Shown here: positions 36,116-43,165 of the stretch, piece after piece
How the letters are laid out: each line of letters begins with the position of its first letter
How positions within the stretch are numbered: position 1 is the stretch's first letter
Source of the DNA: a virus
Lineage: Duplodnaviria > Caudoviricetes
IMG/VR virus record: IMGVR_UViG_3300033067_001449
Span: 1-43,202 of that record
Strand: one strand, 5' to 3'
DNA length: 43,202 bases
Notes under the pieces: model-generated
Databases searched by the model: none
What the model was told of the DNA's origin: nothing
The model's input: only the letters and a program-made list of their open reading frames with translations
Translations under genes and position numbers: made by a program

Positions 36116-36288
36116 GACAAAACGCCCTCAACGATTTCTGGCTGTTTCGGCTGTGGCTCTCCGCGCAGCAGTCGCGCCGCTTCTGTCAACGTCACGCAAT
36201 CAGGATGCACCCAACCAAACGGCGTCTTGACTGACTGGCGAGCGGCCATCGCCAGCAATTCCCGCGCGATGCGTTCGCGTTCGGTCAT
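36112..36288 (-). CDS. Small hypothetical protein
   Basis: AGGAG RBS before ATG 36288 (MTERERIARELL). Confidence 0.55.
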   Translation of the reverse strand: MTERERIARELLAMAARQSVKTPFGWVHPDCVTLTEAARLLRGEPQPKQPEIVEGVLS

Positions 36289-36301
36289 TGGTTTATGGCT
36301 C

Positions 36302-36508
36302 CTAGTTGCCAATCCCGAGAGCGGCTTCAATTCGCTCTTGTAGGTGTCGTCCAGTGCCGTCGATGACGGCGGTTTCAAAAATGACCTTGTTGTCGATCTC
36401 GCGCAGTAGCGCCTCTAGTTCCTCAATGCGGCTAGCCGCTTGCTCTCTAAGCTTGCGGTGTTGTCTGTCTTCCCAAGCGCGAGACCTCAGTTTTTCAACA
36501 AACGTCAT
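36302..36508 (-). CDS. Small coiled-coil protein
   Basis: AGGAG RBS; MTFVEKLR...EQAASRIEELE. Confidence 0.55.
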   Translation of the reverse strand: MTFVEKLRSRAWEDRQHRKLREQAASRIEELEALLREIDNKVIFETAVIDGTGRHLQERIEAALGIGN

Positions 36509-36518
36509 GGTTAGGCTC

Positions 36519-36956
36519 CTACTTGCTCTTGCGGGGCCGTCCCGACCGCGCACGTCCTGATTTACCATAGGTGCGCCATAGCGTCGAAACACTGACGCCC
36601 AACGCTGCCGCTGCCTGCTTGTCGGTCTTGTACTTCGTGACGTTGTGCCAAGCGGCTTCGTCGCGGTCGTTCTTCTCGTACAGCTTCGGCCGTCCGCCCT
36701 TGCTGCCGTTCGCCTTGGCGATGCGCTTGGCCGCGCCCTTATTCAGCAGATGCAGGTTTGCCTTGATGAGCTTCACCCCGTCTCGGTCGCTGCGAATGCC
36801 AGTCGATTTCTGGACCACGTAGACGCCCCGCTCGTGTAGTTCCTCGATCAATTCGAGAACATCAGTCAGTTTCTTGCCTAGCTGCCGCAAGTCGCGAACG
36901 GCTATGCCCTCGCCCTTGCGTGCCTGCTTTAGCTTATCTCGGATGTTATCGCTCAT
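36519..36956 (-). CDS. Resolvase-derived DNA-binding protein lacking the catalytic N-terminus
   Basis: RKGEGIAVRDLRQLGKKLTDVLELIEELHERGV resembles the resolvase core; GRPK plus HTH AAALGVSVSTLWR; no YxRVS. Confidence 0.7.
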   Translation of the reverse strand: MSDNIRDKLKQARKGEGIAVRDLRQLGKKLTDVLELIEELHERGVYVVQKSTGIRSDRDGVKLIKANLHLLNKGAAKRIAKANGSKGGRPKLYEKNDRDEAAWHNVTKYKTDKQAAAALGVSVSTLWRTYGKSGRARSGRPRKSK

Positions 36957-37024
36957 GCGGCGTTCTTAATCAACAAAAAATACGTTCTGAACTCATTTTT
37001 CCACATGGGTTATGAAATTACTTA

Positions 37025-37053
37025 TTGACGTGGTTCGGCCGGTGCGCTATGTT
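37025..37053 (+). promoter_or_regulatory. Sigma70-type promoter
   Basis: TTGACG-17 nt-TATGTT upstream of GGGAG RBS and ATG 37081. Confidence 0.65.
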
Positions 37054-37080
37054 CAGAGCATCAGACACGGGAGAGACGAC

Positions 37081-37338
37081 ATGGCTAGCGACGGTAAAAT
37101 TCTTCATCGGTGGCACGCTCGCATCATCAAGGACGGCAAGACGTTGACCCTTGGCGGCGTTGATCGCATGTATCTTTCGGGCAAGCCGAACGGTCACGAC
37201 TTCGACACGCTGCGGGATTTTGTAATGGAAAAAGCCGACGCCGAGTTTGGTCGCGGCACCTACAGCGTTGCCGATATTTTCGACAAACACGCTTGGCACG
37301 CCGCCCCTGCTGCGGACTACGGTTGGCACAACAAGTAA
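37081..37338 (+). CDS. Hypothetical protein
   Basis: First gene after promoter. Confidence 0.6.
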   Translation: MASDGKILHRWHARIIKDGKTLTLGGVDRMYLSGKPNGHDFDTLRDFVMEKADAEFGRGTYSVADIFDKHAWHAAPAADYGWHNK

Positions 37339-37352
37339 GAAAGGCCGCACCT

Positions 37353-37547
37353 ATGAGCAACATGGCACATTGTCGATTTCAGAACACTTTGGCCGATCTG
37401 CGCGACTGCTACGACAACATGGAGGACGAGTTGTCGCCGGAGGAAACCAAGGCGCAAAACGCCTTGATGCTTTTGTGCGCTCGCATCGCCAGCGACTACG
37501 AAAGCGAGATTGAGACGTTGCAGGAAAAACGCAAAACTAGCAAGTGA
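37353..37547 (+). CDS. Small phage protein (MSNMAHCRFQNT)
   Basis: AAGAAAGG RBS; N-terminal motif I recall from other phage hypotheticals. Confidence 0.65.
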   Translation: MSNMAHCRFQNTLADLRDCYDNMEDELSPEETKAQNALMLLCARIASDYESEIETLQEKRKTSK

Positions 37548-37789
37548 GGCCCCGTAGAATGACGCCGCAACAGACCGCCCGCAAGGCGCTCGACAACTAC
37601 AAGCAGGACAACTTAGAGCGTGCTCAACACGCCTTCGGTGGCATGACTGACAAACAAATGTCAGAGCAGCACGGGTTAAGCGGCAGGACGCGCCGCGAAG
37701 TGCTCGACGGCTACATCCGCGACCGCCGCGAGTGGCAGGCGGCGAGTGAATGGCTAGATAAAATGATCGCCGCAACCGACAGCAAATAG
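37544..37789 (+). CDS. Hypothetical protein
   Basis: GTGA coupling; co-oriented. Confidence 0.6.
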   Translation: MRPRRMTPQQTARKALDNYKQDNLERAQHAFGGMTDKQMSEQHGLSGRTRREVLDGYIRDRREWQAASEWLDKMIAATDSK

Positions 37790-37798
37790 GGCCCGACG

Positions 37799-37996
37799 AT
37801 GACCGATATCGTTGATCGTCTGCGCGAGCGATACTACCGGCGCGCGTCTGAGAGCAACGACGAGGCACGCATTCGGCGTCAACGTGAGCGCGACGACGCC
37901 GCAGACGAGATCGAGAGATTACGCGAGCGCCTTGCCGACTGCACAAAGAGATACACGGATTTGCTCGACCAGCTAGGCGCTGGCGCGGATATGTAA
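37799..37996 (+). CDS. Small DIVDRLR...AADEIERLR protein
   Basis: Paralogous N-terminus with next gene. Confidence 0.65.
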   Translation: MTDIVDRLRERYYRRASESNDEARIRRQRERDDAADEIERLRERLADCTKRYTDLLDQLGAGADM

Positions 37997-38009
37997 GAAA
38001 GGCCACGAC

Positions 38010-38264
38010 ATGAGGGATATCGTTGATCGATTGCGCGAGACACCTTGCAACCGCGAGCCGTTCACGCCGTCTCACGCTGAATGTCAGTGTCGTGTCACGC
38101 ATGAGGCAGCTGACGCAATAGAGGCGTTGAGGCAGTGCATTTTGGCCGCACTAGATAACCTGCATCACGACGACGCCAAAGGCGCTCGCCGCGTGCTGGA
38201 ACGTGATCCCAAACGAAAGCAACACGGTCAAACCCGAGGAAGGCTTTCAGCGACGCTGACGTAA
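38010..38264 (+). CDS. Small DIVDRLR...AADAIEALR protein
   Basis: AAGAAAGG RBS; paralog of previous gene with Cys/His insert. Confidence 0.65.
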   Translation: MRDIVDRLRETPCNREPFTPSHAECQCRVTHEAADAIEALRQCILAALDNLHHDDAKGARRVLERDPKRKQHGQTRGRLSATLT

Positions 38265-38348
38265 GACGATCAACCTCTTGGGCGTTGCGAGTAGGCCGAG
38301 CCGGGGCGGCGGGAACCCCGGCACCAATTTTCAAGAAAGGCCGGAAAA

Positions 38349-38486
38349 ATGGCAGCAGCAATCGTAACGACACTCCTAGCCCTCCTAGTCGGCAGCGCCG
38401 GCGTGCTGTTCAACAGTATTCCTATGGGGCTTTTTTCGCTTGTGTTCGCAACCGTTGCGCACGCGCTGATTACAGCCAAGCAATGA
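38349..38486 (+). CDS. 45-aa two-TM membrane protein (not in ORF track)
   Basis: MAAAIVTTLLALLVGSAGVLFNSIPMGLFSLVFATVAHALITAKQ; AAGAAAGG RBS; ATGA coupling to next gene. Confidence 0.6.
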   Translation: MAAAIVTTLLALLVGSAGVLFNSIPMGLFSLVFATVAHALITAKQ

Positions 38487-38755
38487 GCGTTTCCATATAC
38501 ATGACGCGCGGAGGCGCTAGGGATTGGCCGTGGCAAGGTATAGCCGGCGCTAAAGAACTGTTTTGCGCCCTTAAGGATTTGCCCTTTGAAGATCGCCCCG
38601 GCGAAGTTGGCATTTGCGAAGTAGTCGTTCGCCCTACTGATTTTGCAGCGTGGCGCGAACGTATCGCGGCGAACGATCTTAACGTCGGGTTACTAAACGC
38701 GTTTATGGACAACCTCGAGCGCGACGCGTCGCTATGGCTCGTATTCAGCTATTAA
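38483..38755 (+). CDS. Hypothetical protein
   Basis: ATG 38483 coupled to upstream stop. Confidence 0.55.
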   Translation: MSVSIYMTRGGARDWPWQGIAGAKELFCALKDLPFEDRPGEVGICEVVVRPTDFAAWRERIAANDLNVGLLNAFMDNLERDASLWLVFSY

Positions 38756-39272
38756 TTTTGTATTCCGGAAAGCGCCGGCCAAACTCCGCGATAAGTGCGG
38801 CTTCGGCGTGTCCGTCGTATGTTTTTTTCGCCCATTGATGCGCGGACGCCGGCCAAAGCTCCGCGGCTAGGCGCCGGCTCGAGGTTTTAGTATCTAGCCC
38901 GTGCTGCGAGGCATACGAGCGCACGCCTAGCTTTGCGCGCCACACCGCAGGCGACACGAAGCGGACGATATGGCCGGCGGCTTCGAAGCACTCGCGAATT
39001 TGTCCGCACACAAGGCCGAAGCGAAACGCATTGTGCGCCCCGTCGCCCGGGCGCCCGCCAACATCTTCAATCCATACGGCAGCGGGCTCGAGTAGCGCCA
39101 ATTCGCCGCAGAGCGCCCGGAGCTCGCGACCGTCAATATGGGTCGTGAGCTTGTTCTTTTTCCTAGCGCTATGCGCGAGCGTATGCACTGGTATGCGCCA
39201 CGTCTCAACGCTTCGCCCTTGATTGAGCGCAACCGCTCCGCTTAGGCCGGGGTCGATACCTATGATGAGCAT
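38745..39272 (-). CDS. RuvC-like Holliday junction resolvase
   Basis: IIGIDPGLSGA, WIEDV, AFRFG, P..W, DGHAEAALIA. Confidence 0.88.
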   Translation of the reverse strand: MLIIGIDPGLSGAVALNQGRSVETWRIPVHTLAHSARKKNKLTTHIDGRELRALCGELALLEPAAVWIEDVGGRPGDGAHNAFRFGLVCGQIRECFEAAGHIVRFVSPAVWRAKLGVRSYASQHGLDTKTSSRRLAAELWPASAHQWAKKTYDGHAEAALIAEFGRRFPEYKINS

Positions 39273-39289
39273 CAGGGGACTGTAGTACA

Positions 39290-39968
39290 ATGGCAAAGCG
39301 CCCGCCAAAAACCGCGCCGGCGACGCAATCGAAAAAAAGCCAAGTTGCAAGACCCGGCGCCGTCGCTCGCATGGTTTGACCGACAACTAGACAAGATAGG
39401 GAAAAACCGCGTTGGGCTCTCTGTGGAACACGACGCGAGCAACAAAAATTGACTACAGAAGATTTTGAGCGGGGAGCGCCGGCTACGGATTGCCGAAGCG
39501 ATTTGGATAGCAGAGCGGTTTAAGTTGTCGTTGCATGACGTACTAACGGACGGGCTCGGCTTTAAAATTCCAGTGCCGCCTAAGCGCACCGTGCCAGTGA
39601 TCGGCAGCGTCACGGCTGATAGCCGTGTCCATCGCTACGCGCCTCCGGCTGTTGAGGACGTAGAGGCGCCGGCCGGCTCGCGCGATGAAACGGTAGCGGT
39701 ACGCCTCGAAACGTCTCAGACAGCGCTAGCAGTCTATGCGGGCTGCTTACTGTTCTATACGCCGGCGCCTGCTATGCGTGTAATGCCGGGGAGCTATGAG
39801 CGTTTGAGCATAATAGCGCTGGGAGACATGGATGCGCTTCTAGTCGGTATCCCGTCGCGCTCGAGCAAGCTTATGGCGGGGCGCGTGACCTTGCTGGACG
39901 GCCGCACGGTCATAGAGAGCGAGCAATTTATGAGCGCTTACCCCGTGGAATGGACAAAGAGCACCTAG
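39290..39968 (+). pseudogene. XRE-family repressor (HTH plus S24-like domain), interrupted
   Basis: ATG 39290 frame is out of step with the HTH frame across an A7 run (39332-39338); HTH frame has TGA at 39450-39452; VPVIGSV starts the C-terminal domain. Confidence 0.72.
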
Positions 39969-39973
39969 GCATG

Positions 39974-40013
39974 AAAAAGCCCCGTAGCGCCAGGAGGGGA
40001 GCGCTACGGGGCT
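39974..40013 (-). terminator. Rho-independent terminator (possibly bidirectional)
   Basis: 13-bp stem AGCCCCGTAGCGC/GCGCTACGGGGCT with A-run on the left. Confidence 0.7.
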
Positions 40014-40079
40014 AGGTGGCGGCGGCCAGGGGGAAAGCGCTGCGCATTACGCCGCGGCTCGATGCGGCGACGTAGGCGG

Positions 40080-40400
40080 ATAGTGCAGCACCGCGAAGCG
40101 GCGCGCAACTCGCAACGCTGCGCAGAGCACCGCAGAGCACCGCGCACCACTATAGCGGAGCACGGCGCGGAGCGGCAGCGCCGCACGCGGCGCAACGCGC
40201 TCCGCAGAGCGCTCCGCAGAGTGCAGCGCGCTACCGGGGCGCGGCACTCCGAGGCCGATGTTTACAGGGCTTCCGGCTCTGCGCGGAGCGCTCCGCGGCG
40301 TGCTCCGCGGAGTGCAGCGCTGCGAGCGCCGCGAGGTGCGCAACACGGGCAGCGGAGCGCAAGCGCTGCATAGAGCGGTGCGCGGTGCGGAGAGTAGCGC
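40080..40400. repeat. GC-rich degenerate short-period repeat tract
   Basis: CGCAGAGCAC x2, GCGCTCCGCAGA x2, GCTCCGCGG x2; GAGTGCAGCGC twice. Confidence 0.7.
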
Positions 40401-40402
40401 TG

Positions 40403-40690
40403 CTAGATCAGGTACAGCACGTTATCGCCGGCGTTAGTGTAGCGGCCGGACGCGAAGCGCAACCCTAGCGTCATGCCGTTAGGGTCGGCAGTGTGGACCG
40501 CCCGCGCGCCGTAGTGCTGCGCAACGCGCTACACGGTCGCAACGCGCCGCATAGGCTGATTGGACGATTGCAGTGCCATCGCGGCAACCGCGATTATCAA
40601 TGCGTCACGCGCTATCCGCTCTATATGCCTATCAGGCGCTTCGCGCGACAGTTGGGCGGCTACTCGGGCGGACAGCTTGGATAGTGTCAT
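40403..40690 (-). pseudogene. ~95-aa hypothetical gene with internal TAG
   Basis: AGGGGG RBS, ATG 40690; MTLSKL...RVATV*RVAQHYG...DPNGMTLGLRFASG...; TAG at 40529-40531. Confidence 0.55.
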
Positions 40691-40788
40691 CGGTTCCCCC
40701 TAGTGCATGCAAATGACATGTTACGAAAAGCCTAAAATCGGGGCGGTTACAAGCTTAGGTAGCGCATAGCAGCGATTTAGTTGCGCAT

Positions 40789-41166
40789 AAGTCACGAAAA
40801 ATGTTGAAAAATTTGTATAGTCGGTAAGTAGGTTGCTAAAGCGTTGACGGCTTACCGGATATACAAGAGAACTACTGATTTTAACAGCGCACTAGTATTT
40901 ATGTTCGCGTGCGTCGTATCATTTTTTCAGTGCGCTAGGTGACGCTTTCGCAGGGCTTCGTGACTTCAAATCCGAAGTCAAATATGTGACTTGTCGTGAC
41001 ATGCCGAAATAAGCCACGAGCCCAATAAACACGGGCGTTTCAGGCACATATTGACTTGGTTTTACTTTTTGCTTATTTGGGCAAGTCAAGCCATTGATAT
41101 CGTTGAATATTTTCTCTTCGTCTCATGCTCCTTCCCTATCGGGAAGTCCGGGCTCGCGGCTTATTT
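40789..41166. other. Highly structured non-coding region (candidate ncRNA or replication origin)
   Basis: Nested inverted repeats forming two multi-branch domains; recurrent TGACTT/AAGTCA. Confidence 0.55.
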
Positions 41167-41359
41167 GCGCCGCTGCGGCCGTCCTCGCGCCGCCAAGCGA
41201 CAAGCGACAGGTTTGAGCGCAAGAGCGGGCACACGGGCACACAGTCTAAAATCTGATGATATGAGACGCCGCATATATTGACGGCCTTACAACCTAAAAG
41301 GCGTTTCGCCCCGTCGCCTCGAAGTGCGCGACGCTAACGAATAATTTAGGAATGGCGTC

Positions 41360-41382
41360 TAAATTCGGGTTAGCCGAAAACG
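41360..41382 (+). promoter_or_regulatory. Conserved promoter motif, copy 4 (degenerate)
   Basis: TAAATTCGGGTTAGCCGAAAACG upstream of GapR-like gene. Confidence 0.4.
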
Positions 41383-41482
41383 TCCGCAACGTTGACGGCC
41401 GATCAGAGAAACCCGCCCTTGACGCTTTCCCGCCACGGTTAGTGTTAAGGGCGGGGAGGTTTCAAAATAGGGATTAACCGTT

Positions 41483-41785
41483 GTGTCACGCATTCACGCA
41501 GACGAGCGCGCGGCTAGAGGTATAAACAGCCAAGAGGACGAAGCGCCGGCTAGGCTACCGGGCGCCGCGATTATTAATCGCACTCGTGTAGAGCTTGCGA
41601 AGATCGAAGCGGAGCGACGCGACCTGGCGGAGCGTGAACGCGATTTGAAAAAGACGTTCGTTAACGAGGGCGGCAGTAAGCAGGCTCTAGGCTTCATTCG
41701 GAAGCTGGATAAGATGGACCCGGACGACCGGCAGTCACTCCTAGCAGAGATAGACGCTTACGCGGCGTTCTTGCAGTATTGGTAA
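41483..41785 (+). CDS. GapR/DUF2312-like DNA-binding protein
   Basis: KIEAERRDLAERERDLKKTFVNEGGSKQALGFIRKLDKMDPDDR...IDAYAAFL follows the GapR helical pattern. Confidence 0.65.
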   Translation: MSRIHADERAARGINSQEDEAPARLPGAAIINRTRVELAKIEAERRDLAERERDLKKTFVNEGGSKQALGFIRKLDKMDPDDRQSLLAEIDAYAAFLQYW

Positions 41786-42108
41786 TGGCTAAGCGCCCCG
41801 ATAGGACTTGCCCCGTCACAGGGCTTCCCGTGCCATACAAGGGCTTTGGACGGCCTAGCGTGTATCATGAGACGGTAACGCGAAAGCGCCCCTACGAGTA
41901 CAGCCTAGAAGAACTAGAGATTATAGCTACCGCAAGAGAGATATTGCGCGATGCCAGATCGCACCCGATGGTTATAGCGGCGGCGGTTATACATGAGCGG
42001 GCGGGCGTATATCAGCGTCTATTCAATAAGAACGGCAAGACGCGACCATACACAAAGAGCGGGCAACCGCGGAAGCCTCGGAAGTGCGCGCTGATACCTA
42101 AGCAATAA
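41785..42108 (+). CDS. Hypothetical basic protein
   Basis: TAATG coupling; CPVTG..GRPSVYH. Confidence 0.55.
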   Translation: MAKRPDRTCPVTGLPVPYKGFGRPSVYHETVTRKRPYEYSLEELEIIATAREILRDARSHPMVIAAAVIHERAGVYQRLFNKNGKTRPYTKSGQPRKPRKCALIPKQ

Positions 42109-42110
42109 AG

Positions 42111-42149
42111 AGCCCCGCTACTGCTAAGCAGTGCGGGGCTTTGTCGTTT
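42111..42149 (+). terminator. Rho-independent terminator
   Basis: AGCCCCGC(T)ACTGC-TAA-GCAGTGCGGGGCT followed by TTGTCGTTT. Confidence 0.65.
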
Positions 42150-42211
42150 CGCAATGACTTGGAATATACAGCCGAAATGCGGCGCCGTTCTTATTACGAT
42201 ACCTTGCGCGC

Positions 42212-42505
42212 ATGGGCAAATTTGCAAAGCTATACAAGTCGAATACATGGCAGCGGCTGCGTGAGGCACGGCTTAATGCTGAACCGTGCTGCCGTATGTG
42301 CGCAGCGAAAGGACAGATCACGCCGGCCGTAGTGGTGGATCATATCAAGCGCCATCATGGATGTTGGATTAAATTTGCGGACTACGAGAATACGCAGAGC
42401 CTATGCAAGCGCTGCCACGATAGCGATAAGCAGCAAGAGGAATGGTTAGACACATTGCCAAGCGGGGCGGGCGTCGATGGTTATCCGACCGATGGGCGAT
42501 GGTAG
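42212..42505 (+). CDS. Terminase-associated HNH endonuclease (HK97 gp74-like)
   Basis: WQRLR..L..EPCCRMC, VVDHI, N.QSLCKRCHD..KQ. Confidence 0.88.
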   Translation: MGKFAKLYKSNTWQRLREARLNAEPCCRMCAAKGQITPAVVVDHIKRHHGCWIKFADYENTQSLCKRCHDSDKQQEEWLDTLPSGAGVDGYPTDGRW

Positions 42506-42511
42506 GGGACT

Positions 42512-43165
42512 ATGAGAATAGGTATATGCGAGGTAAGCGGTAGGACGTGGGGGCACCACGGCCGCGGACCTGTGGCTAGGCTGCACCCCGATTTAAGACA
42601 GGAGTGGTATCAAGGGGGCAGTCTAAAGCGGGCACGCAAGAGCAACGCTAAGGTAGCTGCAAGGAAGGCAGCGAAGATAGCCGCAGCTAACGAAGCCGCG
42701 GGGTATTGGGCTAACTTCAAGGCATGGCCAACCGATAGCTCGGTATGGATATCGGACACGGGCGACGTATGGCTAAGCGATAAGGGGCGCTTCGCTAATA
42801 TCCGAATGGATTACAAAGGCTACGAGTACTTCAACAGGGGCGGGCGCAATCACTTTGTGCATTCCGCGCTGTTGGAGACCTACGTTGGACCTAGACCTAA
42901 AGACGCGATTACTCGACACATGAACGGAGTTAAACGCGATAACAAGCTATCCAACTTGGAGTGGTCTACGTTTTCGCAGAACAGTTTAGACGTTAAGTGG
43001 AACGGCAAGGCCAAGCACATAAAGCTGTACCCCAATGACGTGCGCGAAGTGCGCAAGGCGTTCGAAGCCGGCGAAACTAAGATGGCAATTGCTAGGCGCT
43101 ACGGGGTGGATGCTGCCAGCATATACAAGATAATCGCAGGGATGACCCACGCCGACGTTAGTTGA
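42512..43165 (+). CDS. HNH homing-type endonuclease with C-terminal HTH
   Basis: ISDTGDV, VHSALLETYVGPRP, RHMNGVKRDNKLSNLEW, IARRYGV. Confidence 0.82.
   Translation: MRIGICEVSGRTWGHHGRGPVARLHPDLRQEWYQGGSLKRARKSNAKVAARKAAKIAAANEAAGYWANFKAWPTDSSVWISDTGDVWLSDKGRFANIRMDYKGYEYFNRGGRNHFVHSALLETYVGPRPKDAITRHMNGVKRDNKLSNLEWSTFSQNSLDVKWNGKAKHIKLYPNDVREVRKAFEAGETKMAIARRYGVDAASIYKIIAGMTHADVS

Noticed and set aside
38300-38326. tRNA-like 3' end GCCGGGG...CCCCGGC-ACCA
   Set aside because: Single hairpin with no T-loop or cloverleaf; more likely a terminator or processing stem
40004-40373. Arg/Ala-rich ORFs over the repeat tract
   Set aside because: Low-complexity translations of repeats with no RBS
40080-40400. 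CRISPR or mini-array
   Set aside because: Repeats are short, degenerate and lack unique fixed-length spacers; the Cas4-like gene belongs to the standard replication module
41051-41281. 76-aa hydrophobic ORF
   Set aside because: TTG start without RBS inside a T-rich inverted-repeat region; hydrophobicity explained by base composition
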